Positions 31,059-40,783 of a stretch of 64,000 bases of DNA are shown here, one piece after another. Where the stretch lies: positions 320,001-384,000 of the forward strand of contig CAWBEI010000004.1 in NCBI GenBank assembly GCA_963787835.1, read 5' to 3'. The translations under genes and the position numbers were made by a program. The notes beneath the pieces are model-generated. The model was not told where the DNA came from, ran no database searches, and saw nothing but the letters and a program-made list of their open reading frames with translations. Position 1 is the stretch's first letter, and every line of letters begins with the position of its first letter. Source of the stretch: Ignavibacteriota bacterium (GTDB lineage: Bacteria; Bacteroidota; Ignavibacteria; Palsa-1295).

Positions 31059-32045
31059 ATGTCAGCAGTAAAACAACGCGCCGAGAAGGCCTATCTTAAC
31101 GAACAATTTCTCACGAGCCCTGAGGCGCGAGTGATCCGCTTACTTTCGGAATATATCGAACCACGTACGCGGCTTGCACACGCACGCGTGAAGGATACCA
31201 TTGTGTTCTTCGGTTCGGCGCGTATTTCAACGCCCGAAGAGGTTGATGCCGCACTGCACCAACTTGAGAATGCACGGACGCTCGCTAAACAAACCAACTC
31301 GCTCACTCCCGAAGTGGAAACGGAACTCGATGAAGCGGTCCGGCGCGCAACACGTCATAAGGAGCTAACGCGGTATTACGAAGAAGCGACCGAGCTTGCT
31401 CGTATCCTCACGGAATGGTCCATCACACAAGCGGCTGAGAGCTATGAAAAGGCACAGCTAACCAAGGGGATGGTTGCCGCCGCTCAGGTAAAAGAGCAAA
31501 TTCCCTACGTCGATGTCGAGATGATAAAGACGCACTCGTTCAAACAGCGTTACGTAATATGCTCCGGTGGGGGTCCCGGGATCATGGAAGCAGCCAACAG
31601 AGGCGCTATGCTCGCAGGCGGAAAAACGATCGGCTTTAACATCTCTCTCCCATTCGAACAAATGCCGAACAGCTTCATCACCGATGAACTGAACTTCGAG
31701 TTCCACTACTTCTTTATGCGCAAATTTTGGTTTGCGTACCTTGGGAAGGCACTTGTGGTGTTTCCCGGTGGGTTCGGAACTATGGATGAACTCTTCGAAT
31801 GCCTCACTCTTATTCAGACGGGTAAGATCAGGAAAAAGATGCCTGTCATCATGTATGGTAAGAGCTTTTGGGATGAAATCATTGACTTCGATAAACTTGC
31901 CTATTTTGGCATGATCTCCCGCAGCGATCTTAATCTTATCCATTTCTCCGACACACCTTTGGATGCATTTGAATACCTAAAGAGTGAACTTACCCGATTG
32001 GATGAAGGCGAAGAGACATTCATGCAAAGCAATCCGATGGCATGA
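31059..32045 (+). CDS. LOG family protein (TIGR00730-like nucleotide monophosphate hydrolase)
   Basis: VFFGSAR, SGGGPGIMEAANRGA, HYFFMRKFWF, FPGGFGTMDELFE. Confidence 0.92.
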   Translation: MSAVKQRAEKAYLNEQFLTSPEARVIRLLSEYIEPRTRLAHARVKDTIVFFGSARISTPEEVDAALHQLENARTLAKQTNSLTPEVETELDEAVRRATRHKELTRYYEEATELARILTEWSITQAAESYEKAQLTKGMVAAAQVKEQIPYVDVEMIKTHSFKQRYVICSGGGPGIMEAANRGAMLAGGKTIGFNISLPFEQMPNSFITDELNFEFHYFFMRKFWFAYLGKALVVFPGGFGTMDELFECLTLIQTGKIRKKMPVIMYGKSFWDEIIDFDKLAYFGMISRSDLNLIHFSDTPLDAFEYLKSELTRLDEGEETFMQSNPMA

Positions 32046-32174
32046 TCGGCCAAAAGCACAAAATTTGTTAGTCGATTATTTATCTCATTTTTATGCAAAT
32101 TTATAAAATCTTCGTCTATTTGTACTACTTCAATCCAAATCTTCAACCATTCTTCACTACATAAGGAGATTCTT

Positions 32175-33136
32175 TTGATGAATCGCCTTCATATTCTACT
32201 GATCACAATTGGGCTAATTTCACTTTCAACCGCGTCATTACGGGCGCAATCGCGAGAGATCGGCGCGAGAAGTCTGCAACTTGACGATGGGTCCGGCCAC
32301 ATCGTGGACATCACGATTCCCGCCATGAACCCCGGTGGCCCATACTCATGGGTCATTCCGATCGACGCTAATGGTAGCTTCAATTATCTCCCGCTTACGG
32401 GTGGGGAGATCACCGGCACCGTGGGAATCGGGGTTGCCCAGCAAACGAATTGGGCACTCACCATTACCGAACCGCCGGGTCACGGAGGAGGATCATGGGC
32501 AGGCGGCATCGTGATAAACAATACCGATGATGTTGGAGGAAGCTTGCCAATAGTCATGATAACCCGGGCAGCATGACCTGGGGCACCGCGAACGGCAACA
32601 CCGAAGGCCGCATGTTACGATTCTTCGACCAAGACCAACTCTTCGATCTCGGAATTACGTCCGCCCACAACTTCTTTCTTGGTAATGGTATTGGTAATGG
32701 GATTACTGGGCAGTAGTTGACTGCTACATCAGGAGGCAATATTGGAATCCCGAATGGGGCGCTAACGGTCGCTGGAAACATTTCAACAGGTAGCCATATT
32801 ACTACCTCCAGCACGATCGGATCCGTAACACACTCCGGCGCAGTAGCTTCGGCCAGCGCCTCTGGCTCAGATGTGGCAGGGGTGATCATATTCACTACTT
32901 CTAACAGTGGAACGGGCTCAGTCACGGTAAACTTCGGGACGTCCTACGGCACGGCTCCTGTCGTAGTGCTCACACCGTCAAACTCCGCGGTGGGAACTTG
33001 GATAGGAAATAACTATTATGGTGCTTCTGATTTTGACTTCTATGTGACCTGCAATGCTGGGAATTTTGTTGTAAATTTTTCCAACAATGGCAATACGATG
33101 ACGAGTGGCACTTTTAATTATATCGTGGTTCATTAA
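32175..33136 (+). pseudogene. Secreted fibre-like protein paralogue 1, interrupted by a frame break (~32569) and an in-frame TAG (32714-32716)
   Basis: Signal peptide + LQLDDGSGH + YLPLTGGEITG; adding one G gives SMTWGTANGNTEGRMLRFF...GITGQ*LTATSGGNIG, continuing into ORF 32717-33136. Confidence 0.65.
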
Positions 33137-33160
33137 TCCATTAAACATTCGATTTCATGC

Positions 33161-33187
33161 ATGGGCCGGAGAATTTCTCCGGCCCAT
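33161..33187. terminator. Intrinsic terminator hairpin (copy 1)
   Basis: ATGGGCCGGAGA-ATT-TCTCCGGCCCAT followed by TTATTTT. Confidence 0.75.
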
Positions 33188-33240
33188 TTATTTTGTAGTC
33201 GTATCCAGATACTCCTGAAGCAAAATCCTTTCGGCTTCTT
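33188..33240 (-). pseudogene. Degenerate duplicate of the ruvX 3' end
   Basis: Minus strand reads EAERILLQEYLDTTTK*, versus true RuvX end EAARILLQEYLDTTTM*. Confidence 0.8.
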
Positions 33241-33432
33241 TGTGTCAAAAAAATAGATTTTGCCTCTTCACATTCTGGTTCCTTTACAAGGCTGGGTGTC
33301 TGACAATTGGAAGTTCGAGTCAAATTGAATTTCTGAGATTATTCTGAGGATTAGAAAATATCCGTATTTTTGTAATGGTAACATATCCATACACTTGGAG
33401 TAGCTTGTTCATATTTTCTTGGAGACCTATAA

Positions 33433-34848
33433 ATGAGGCGTTCTTTAGTCCCTATTATTTTACTTGGTTTAGCTTGCATTTCAACTACATCTTCCTATGC
33501 CCAGCGTGGGGTCGCCGGGAAGACATTCATTCTCGATGATGGCAGTGGTAACACGCTGACGCTCGAATATCTCAATGTACCACCGGTTCTTGGCAATTCC
33601 TTCTACAACTTTTTGCCGGGAGGCGGCGCTCCTACACCAGCAGGCTCGGTGAACGGGCAAACGCTCTGGTGGAATAACACCACGAACTTATGGGTCTCAA
33701 ATAATTTCCTGACCAACACGGGATCAGCGATAGGGATCGGCACGGCTTCACCAATCGGGCTCTTATCCAATACCACTGATAACAACTGGGGTTCCGATGC
33801 CAGAGGGATCAATCCAGCAGCCTTCACATGGGTGACCAATACGGGTGGTCACGGTTACGCAGCAAGCGTTACCAACGAAGGCTCGGGAGCGGGAGGATTC
33901 GATGGTCTCCTTGTGAGGGTATGGGATAATCATGCAGGCACCAACGCGTTGGACGTATCCCAAGGCGCTGTTTCACCCAGCACAACGCCAACATCTCTTT
34001 TAACTGTCTATGGTAACGGCGATGTGAACATCGATCCGACCATTGTCGCAGCAACATCCATCGGCAATAGCACAGCCGCAACCAATGTGAATATTACCAG
34101 CGGGAATAAGTGGAGTATTACGAATGCTGGGGCACTCACGACCACTGGTGCGGCTAATATTGCAACCACAGCCGGTCTTACAAATTATTTTGGGAATGGC
34201 GGGGGCACGACTACAAATAATATTGGGAATAATGGCACTAATGCCACTCAGACAACGAACAATATCGGTGGTACAGGGCCAGGGAGTGCAAACATGGTGA
34301 ATGGCATTGGATTTAACGATGGCTCCGGATCGGTCGTGAACCAGTTCGGAGTCGCCTTCTCCACCGGTTCTATACAGAATCAGATCGGTACAAACCAGGG
34401 CACTGGAACAGTCACTAACTATTGGGGGACCTCTAACCACACTGGCACGATCAACAACAGCTTCGGAACTTCCAGCTCCGGCCCAATTAGTAATACCTTT
34501 GGATCGAGCACCGCTGGGTCGAGCAATACCTATAGTGGCGTTTCATCCTTCACTGGGAATGTGACTACCAATGGGACGCTAAGTGCTGCTGGTGCATTTG
34601 GTTTGCATTTCCGGATAGATAATACAGGAAATACAACGGTGAATGGAATTGCCGGGGATGGATTTCTACAGATTACTGGGGGTGCTACAACGGGGTGGGG
34701 TTTGCCGCCAAGTACTACTCCCGGACAAATTTTTATAGTGAATAATCAAACGGGTTCCACTATTGGAGGTGCGCTTACTATCGCGAACGGTAATAGCGCA
34801 ATGTTCATCTACACTGGTTCTGGTTGGCAGCATATCGTTCTTCAATAA
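33433..34848 (+). CDS. Secreted Gly/Thr/Asn-rich fibre/beta-solenoid-like protein (paralogue 2)
   Basis: Signal peptide (SYA-Q), FILDDGSGN shared with paralogue 1, N.(F/I)G repeats, C-terminal LP...GQIFIVNN...FIYTGSGW. Confidence 0.8.
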   Translation: MRRSLVPIILLGLACISTTSSYAQRGVAGKTFILDDGSGNTLTLEYLNVPPVLGNSFYNFLPGGGAPTPAGSVNGQTLWWNNTTNLWVSNNFLTNTGSAIGIGTASPIGLLSNTTDNNWGSDARGINPAAFTWVTNTGGHGYAASVTNEGSGAGGFDGLLVRVWDNHAGTNALDVSQGAVSPSTTPTSLLTVYGNGDVNIDPTIVAATSIGNSTAATNVNITSGNKWSITNAGALTTTGAANIATTAGLTNYFGNGGGTTTNNIGNNGTNATQTTNNIGGTGPGSANMVNGIGFNDGSGSVVNQFGVAFSTGSIQNQIGTNQGTGTVTNYWGTSNHTGTINNSFGTSSSGPISNTFGSSTAGSSNTYSGVSSFTGNVTTNGTLSAAGAFGLHFRIDNTGNTTVNGIAGDGFLQITGGATTGWGLPPSTTPGQIFIVNNQTGSTIGGALTIANGNSAMFIYTGSGWQHIVLQ

Positions 34849-34874
34849 ATTCCTCTTCTCCGTAGATGTTTTTC

Positions 34875-34903
34875 AATGGGCCGGAAATTTTCTCCGGCCC
34901 ATT
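34875..34903. terminator. Bidirectional terminator hairpin (copy 2)
   Basis: AATGGGCCGGA-AATTTTC-TCCGGCCCATT between convergent genes. Confidence 0.78.
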
Positions 34904-35350
34904 TTACATTGTTGTTGTATCGAGATACTCCTGCAATAAGATCCTCGCTGCCTCTTCATCGCGGAGGGATTTTTTCTCGCGCTTGTGTTTTGGCAATTCA
35001 CGGGAGCGAATGTTCGTTTCCGCGATGAGTGAAGTGAGGCGTTCGTCGCGGGTTTTGAGCACAACGCCGAGGGGTTCAAGGGATTTTGTGAGCTTATCGC
35101 GAAAGCGCAAAACTTCAGTGGTCATTGCACTTTCTGTATTCGAAAGGGTGCGGGGAATTCCGAGAATTACCAATCGGATATGCTCGGATTTCAAGAGGGT
35201 CAGAATTTCCGCGATCATTTTCGGCCCATTTGCAATCACTCCACGTGAGGTGGCGAGCATTTGCATTTCATCAGAAACTGCGATACCGAGGCGCTTGGTA
35301 CCGTAGTCTATGGCTAGAACGCGGCCGTTATTCTTCAAATCGTTCAACAC
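34904..35350 (-). CDS. ruvX: Holliday junction resolvase-like/pre-16S rRNA nuclease RuvX (YqgF)
   Basis: VLAIDYGTKRLGIAVSD, GIP, DERLTS, D..AARILLQEYLD. Confidence 0.95.
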   Translation of the reverse strand: MLNDLKNNGRVLAIDYGTKRLGIAVSDEMQMLATSRGVIANGPKMIAEILTLLKSEHIRLVILGIPRTLSNTESAMTTEVLRFRDKLTKSLEPLGVVLKTRDERLTSLIAETNIRSRELPKHKREKKSLRDEEAARILLQEYLDTTTM

Positions 35351-37706
35351 TGGTTACGCCTCTGACTTTCTTCAACTTTTCCATCAGGCGTGCGAGGTGA
35401 TAGGTGTTCTTAACAAAGACAGTAACCTTCCCATCGAACATGGCATCGCGGGAGTCGATATTTACCGAGCGGATATTGGTGTTGTTATAAGTAGAAATCA
35501 CATGGGTAAGATCGCTAGGCATTCCCGGGCGATCTTCACCAAAGATGCGGATGCCGACAAGGTAGTCAGCGCCTTCGTCCGTGCTGGGCCAGGACACATC
35601 GATAAGACGCTTTTCGGAATCCGCTTGGAGCTTTTGGATATTCTTACAATTGGCTCGATGGATCTTTATGCCCTGACCGATCGTCACCACACCGACAACA
35701 TCGTCACCGGGCACCGGATTGCAGCATTTTGCATAGCTATAAAGGAAGTTATCACGTCGCCCCTGAATAAGGATCCCGGTAGTTGCACGCGAGTCGTCGA
35801 GGTAGGTAACGGGTGTTGCAGTCTCTTGTTCTGCTTCTGCTGAAACGGGAGGGCGGTTGCCGGGGCGCAGCCAGTCTCGCAGGCGTTTAAAATATTCTTC
35901 GATGTCGATGTCGGCTGCGGCAACCGCAGCATAGAACTTCCCGACGGTTCCAAAAGGGGTAGTAGCTGCAAAGCGGATCAGGGTATCTTCATTGACATGA
36001 AGTTTGGCTTTGGTCAGACGCTTCTGCCACATTTCACGACCCTGAGCGACACGCACGCGCTGTTCTTCGTTCAAGAATTTGCGAATGTATTGCCGCGCCT
36101 TATGAGTCGCTACAAATTTTTCCCAATCCGCATTAGGAACTTGATTTTTTGAGGTGATGATCTCAACCTGATCGCCACTGGCCAGCTTTTGGTGGAGCGG
36201 GACGATGCGTCCGTTCACTTTTGCGCCAATGGTACGCAATCCGACTTGAGAATGTATCTCAAAGGCAAAATCAACGGCTGTAGCGCCCTTCGGGAGGATG
36301 CGAAGTTCCCCTTTTGGAGTGAATACGTAGATCTCGTCCTGGTAAAGATTAAGCTTAAAGCTTTCGAGCAGAGCGCTTGGCGCGTCTTCACCATGCTGCT
36401 CAAAGACATCACGCACCCATTTGACCCATTCTTCCAGATCCGGATCTGAGGCGGAAATGTGCTCTTTGTACTTCCAGTGTGCCGCAACGCCTTTTTCTGC
36501 GATCTCGTGCATGGCCCGCGTTCGGATCTGCACTTCGACCATTCGCCCATCCGGACCAATGACCGTGGTGTGCAGGGATTGATAGCCATTCTTTTTCGGT
36601 AGCGAAATATAATTCTTGAACCGTTCGGGAACCGGGGTATAGATCGAAGAGACTAATCCAAAGACTGCAAAGCAATCGTTATCATTGGAAGTATCGAGCA
36701 AGATGCGAACGGCGAACAGATCATAGACCTCGTCCAGCGTTTTCCCGAGCCGCATCATTTTATTATAGATGGAGAAAATGTGCTTGGGCCGGCCGACGAT
36801 CTCAAACTTAAAATGTTGTTCCTTGAGCGCTTCCATAATTGGCTCGATGAACCCTGCGATATACGTCTCGCGCTCGATCCGTTTTTCTGCGAGTGCCCGC
36901 TTGATGTTGGTATATGCTTCGCGATTCAGGACCTTGAAGGCCAGATCCTCCAGTTCCCATTTAACCTTACCGAGGCCAAACCGATTCGCGAATGGCGCGT
37001 AAATGTCCAGCGTCTCCTTTGCCATCCGGAACTGCCGCTCGGGAGGCAAATATTCGATCGTCCGCATATTATGCAGACGGTCCGCGAACTTGACGAGCAT
37101 CACACGTACGTCGCCGACCATGGAAAGCAAAAGCTTGCGGTAACTTTCTGCCTGCGTGATCTCACGAGATTTGAAAATATCCGTGATCTTGGTAGCGCCA
37201 TCGACGATATCGGCTACTTCGCTGCCGAACTCTTCGCGAATTTCGTCGATCTGATAAACGGTATCTTCTACGACATCATGTAGCAGGGCGGCGATCACGG
37301 AAATATCGTCGAGCGGGATTTCCTGCGCGACGATCATCGAGACTTCGAACGGATGAATAAAATAAGGTTCACCGGAAGCGCGCCGGTCATTCTTGTGAGC
37401 TTCATAACATAGCCGGAAGGCACGAATGACAAGTTCTTCGTCCAGGAAGTGAAGATTTTTTCGACAGGCCGCCAGCAGTTCGTTCAGCTTGTCGGCATAG
37501 GCTTCGTCATTCGTTGCGCTGGACCATCGAAGGGCGAGGCGGGCAGAGGAGGTTCGGCTATTGGTATTAGATCTGGGCGTGCGCTTATCGGCCAGGTCAC
37601 TCGCCTGGGAGTGACCATTGGTTCCACCTGAGTCCGTAATGGCCACATTGCCTTCGATCGTTACAGCATTCATCGCATTAATGGCAACGTGAGTTCCACC
37701 CTGCAT
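35328..37706 (-). CDS. relA: Bifunctional (p)ppGpp synthetase/hydrolase
   Basis: RASGEPYFIHP, LLHDVVED, KFADRLHNMRT, NGYQSLHTT, EVQIRT, TGS (VFTPKG) and ACT domains; start uncertain. Confidence 0.96.
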   Translation of the reverse strand: MQGGTHVAINAMNAVTIEGNVAITDSGGTNGHSQASDLADKRTPRSNTNSRTSSARLALRWSSATNDEAYADKLNELLAACRKNLHFLDEELVIRAFRLCYEAHKNDRRASGEPYFIHPFEVSMIVAQEIPLDDISVIAALLHDVVEDTVYQIDEIREEFGSEVADIVDGATKITDIFKSREITQAESYRKLLLSMVGDVRVMLVKFADRLHNMRTIEYLPPERQFRMAKETLDIYAPFANRFGLGKVKWELEDLAFKVLNREAYTNIKRALAEKRIERETYIAGFIEPIMEALKEQHFKFEIVGRPKHIFSIYNKMMRLGKTLDEVYDLFAVRILLDTSNDNDCFAVFGLVSSIYTPVPERFKNYISLPKKNGYQSLHTTVIGPDGRMVEVQIRTRAMHEIAEKGVAAHWKYKEHISASDPDLEEWVKWVRDVFEQHGEDAPSALLESFKLNLYQDEIYVFTPKGELRILPKGATAVDFAFEIHSQVGLRTIGAKVNGRIVPLHQKLASGDQVEIITSKNQVPNADWEKFVATHKARQYIRKFLNEEQRVRVAQGREMWQKRLTKAKLHVNEDTLIRFAATTPFGTVGKFYAAVAAADIDIEEYFKRLRDWLRPGNRPPVSAEAEQETATPVTYLDDSRATTGILIQGRRDNFLYSYAKCCNPVPGDDVVGVVTIGQGIKIHRANCKNIQKLQADSEKRLIDVSWPSTDEGADYLVGIRIFGEDRPGMPSDLTHVISTYNNTNIRSVNIDSRDAMFDGKVTVFVKNTYHLARLMEKLKKVRGVTSVERFEE

Positions 37707-37760
37707 GGTTTCGCTGGCAAAGAAGTTGGCGAACGGATCCTTTAGAGGAGAACGAGATTA

Positions 37761-39596
37761 TTACTGCCGTTGCACTCCCCACCAGCCATAATAAATAGAA
37801 ATGCCAGCATCTACATTGACTGTTATGATTGGCTGACCCGGTTGAAATACGAAGGTCTTATCCTGCTGCTCACCACCGAACACCCCCGTAGCACCGATCT
37901 GAGCAAACGGTTCAAGGGTATAGCCCTCCCCAAGTTCGAAATCGTGCTTCATGCCGAACAAGAGTTTAAGACCGCTCCTATTCCAGTCCTGTTCGAAAGT
38001 ACTCACATTGGAAGAAGCCTGAGTCGGCGAGAGCATTGTTAGATACTGCTGGCTACTTCGGAAAGCGAGGAATTCATAACCGATTCCTAAATAGAACTTG
38101 ATGGCAGAAGCCGGTCGAGTAATATCATAATGTAGATCGAGTCCAAAAATGCTAGTTCCAAGCGTTTCGCTTTGAAGAAGGTGGGTCGCGCCATTAGGAT
38201 GATATTCTGAAGGATGAGTTGCTGAAGTATCAAATGGCCTGTAGGGATAAGATGGGGGGGTCGGGGGGCCCTGCCCATTGACATAATTAAATACTGAATC
38301 ATTTGGGAAATTATCGCTGATCGTAAAATGTACGAAGGATATTTCCAAATCAAGTCTTCGTGTAAGTTCGGTCGTAAGAGCAATTCCATAAGAAAAAACG
38401 GAAGTAGCCGGAAGTTCAGGAATGCCTAAGTTCGTCTGCATACTTCCTACACCCCCGCTAAAGCCAATTCCAACGGCCCTCCATGGTTCGGGCGTCTCAA
38501 GGAATGCGGCTTGACGGGCTTGATCGGCGATCTGTTGTGCAACCCGAACTGAGTCTTCGCGGACTTGTTCCCTTGCTTTGGCTTGAGCGTCCAATTGTTC
38601 ATTCTGAGCGGACTTGATACTATCCTGACGTCGTTGCTCCGCTTCTTTGGCGAGTTCAGCTTCCTGCTTTATCCGCAATTCCTCTGCCTTACGCCGCTCG
38701 CTGGTAAGAACTGAATCTGGCGGAGCAACTCCGGCTGGCTGTTGAGCAAATGCATTTGTTGCCCCGATGAGCAATCCGAACACACAAATTAATAGAGCAA
38801 GGCTCCGTCGGATCGATCCGGGAGAAATTCGGAATAGAGAGTGTGCATTTGCAAACGTTTGGCTCATTATGATAGAAATATCCTTTTGTTTTAGCTCGGA
38901 GACCTTATGTGCAATGAACGGAAGCATGGCTGGTGAGTTTCGTTTTCCTCGATTTGGAGCAGGTGTCAAATAGGGTGAATCCGTCTCTATAAGAAGCCGA
39001 TCGAGGGGAGTTTCAATTACGACATCCGACAAATTGCTATTCTTAAACGTAATATTACCAGTAAAACTTACATAAAACCCAAGCGAAATGGCTCTATGCA
39101 TCCAGTCCATTCCGGCGGAGAAGCAGTGAAATTGGCCTCTCGGTAACTCTGGCGGAAGTGAAACATAGTGCTCTTCGACGATCCGGAACACATCCTCTTC
39201 TGATTCCCGCGTGTGTATCACAATTGGTTTTTGGAGCTCGATGGCAAGTTCTATCTGCTCAGAGAAGGCTTTCCGTTGAACCTCAGGCGGTGAAAAATCA
39301 TAATGATAATCCAAACCGATTTCCCCGATCGCCACTATTTTAGGCTGGCTCTGAATTTCGGATTGAATACGATCCCTGACTCCTGAATTCCACTCATTCG
39401 CGGAATGCGGGTGGATCCCAAGTGCGCAATAGATATGCTCATGGGTATGAATCAGATTCAGCGTTGGATCAAAACTGACGGAATCAGTGGCTGGGACAAG
39501 AAAATGAGAAACGCCGGCCTGTTCGGACTCTGCAATAACTGCATCACGGTCCGCATCGAATGCACCGTCCTGTAAGTGGCAATGTGCGTCGAACAT
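37761..39596 (-). CDS. tatD: TatD-family nuclease fused to internal signal peptide, coiled coil and outer-membrane beta-barrel-like domain
   Basis: DAHCH, GIHPH, GEIGLDY, HTRE, FHCF, ETDSPYL; no stop codon, continues RRSLALLICVFGLLIGATNAFA-QQ, charged helix, then amphipathic strands ending GISIYYGWW. Confidence 0.85.
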   Translation of the reverse strand: MFDAHCHLQDGAFDADRDAVIAESEQAGVSHFLVPATDSVSFDPTLNLIHTHEHIYCALGIHPHSANEWNSGVRDRIQSEIQSQPKIVAIGEIGLDYHYDFSPPEVQRKAFSEQIELAIELQKPIVIHTRESEEDVFRIVEEHYVSLPPELPRGQFHCFSAGMDWMHRAISLGFYVSFTGNITFKNSNLSDVVIETPLDRLLIETDSPYLTPAPNRGKRNSPAMLPFIAHKVSELKQKDISIIMSQTFANAHSLFRISPGSIRRSLALLICVFGLLIGATNAFAQQPAGVAPPDSVLTSERRKAEELRIKQEAELAKEAEQRRQDSIKSAQNEQLDAQAKAREQVREDSVRVAQQIADQARQAAFLETPEPWRAVGIGFSGGVGSMQTNLGIPELPATSVFSYGIALTTELTRRLDLEISFVHFTISDNFPNDSVFNYVNGQGPPTPPSYPYRPFDTSATHPSEYHPNGATHLLQSETLGTSIFGLDLHYDITRPASAIKFYLGIGYEFLAFRSSQQYLTMLSPTQASSNVSTFEQDWNRSGLKLLFGMKHDFELGEGYTLEPFAQIGATGVFGGEQQDKTFVFQPGQPIITVNVDAGISIYYGWWGVQRQ

Positions 39597-39772
39597 AGGA
39601 GCCGCATAGAATGTTTTGAGTGGTTCATTCATGGCTGGGATTAACCAGTGTACAGCATCTTTTACTTCCGGAATCTCGCTTTTAATTCCGAAGAAGAAAA
39701 AGAAGACCATCCGCTATTCTTTGTGAAAGCTATCGAGCGAACCATTAGGCGTTCATATTCGTATTATAGGAA

Positions 39773-40609
39773 ATGCCACTTCCAATGAATCCGTCGAGTA
39801 ACGCACCGCGAAGAACGGGGGATGTCGCAGCACGCATCAGTGATCATGCGTTGCGCATGAGCGATCATGCCGTGAGCACCGTTCGTATCATAATTACGGC
39901 AGAGGAGCGTGTGCGGCAACGTATTCGTACTGTGGCCCGTGTGGCGCTGGCAACGATCTTTTTTGGTATCTCCGGCCTCATTTCGTTGGGAGCCAATGTC
40001 ACTACGGCCCTTGCAAAAAAAGTGACCCAAAGCCGAGGAAGCAATTCAGTTACCTCGGGAGTTAAAGGTTCTGTTATACACTCCAATGAAGTGGCATCGA
40101 GCCATTCCTCGAAGCGCCATTATAAGCGTGGGGATAAGCTGGCGGCACGGAAGCCCACTGGCTCGCAGATGCGCGGGGTAGCATCGTGGTATGGGAATGA
40201 GTTTCACAATAGAAAAACTGCCAGCGGTATTCTTTTTGACACCCTCTCTATGATGGCCGCTCACCGGTCCTTGCCATTTGGAACCCTGGTTCGTGTTACG
40301 AATCTTCGGAATCATCGATCGTGCGTGGTCGAAATCACCGACCGAGGTCCATTCTCCCACGGACGAATCATTGATCTTAGCCATGCAGCCGCCGAACAAA
40401 TCGGTATGATGGAGTCTGGAATTGCAAGGGTTCAGCTCGAGGTTGTCGGTCATGCCGCTCCGTTCGGATCTGACGAGCTTGCGTTTGTAATGCATGCACC
40501 TGCGGTCGATAAACTTGCGCCTTCTACCGGGAGTCGCCTGAATGTGATGCAAGCTTATGAAAGCAGCACAAACGATATGATCGTGGACCGAGAACTTAGC
40601 GGGCACTGA
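39773..40609 (+). CDS. rlpA: Septal ring lytic transglycosylase RlpA family protein
   Basis: GVASWYG..F..TASG, AAHRSLPFGT.VRVTN, DRGPF, IIDLS.AAA. Confidence 0.93.
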   Translation: MPLPMNPSSNAPRRTGDVAARISDHALRMSDHAVSTVRIIITAEERVRQRIRTVARVALATIFFGISGLISLGANVTTALAKKVTQSRGSNSVTSGVKGSVIHSNEVASSHSSKRHYKRGDKLAARKPTGSQMRGVASWYGNEFHNRKTASGILFDTLSMMAAHRSLPFGTLVRVTNLRNHRSCVVEITDRGPFSHGRIIDLSHAAAEQIGMMESGIARVQLEVVGHAAPFGSDELAFVMHAPAVDKLAPSTGSRLNVMQAYESSTNDMIVDRELSGH

Positions 40610-40637
40610 TTCCCTATGGAATTTATTGTATAGTGTA

Positions 40638-40666
40638 GCCCTCGCGATCAAGGAGCGAGGGTTTTT
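40638..40666 (+). terminator. Intrinsic terminator after rlpA
   Basis: GCCCTCGC-loop-GCGAGGGT followed by a T-run. Confidence 0.65.
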
Positions 40667-40783
40667 CGTTTATGAACACCATTTATTTGATCCTGGTGAT
40701 CCTCGGCTTTATCGCATTTGATCGGATCGTCCGGCACAAGCCGTCTGGTGAAGCAAAACGGGGAAATTCTCGGTTCAGAAGGG

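Noticed and set aside
32714-32716. TAG stop-codon reassignment
   Set aside because: TAG terminates conserved genes here (glmS, prfB, rsmI) at their expected C-termini
38245-38280. G-rich stretch in the TatD-fused barrel as another REP copy
   Set aside because: No complementary stem; simply encodes GPPTPPS
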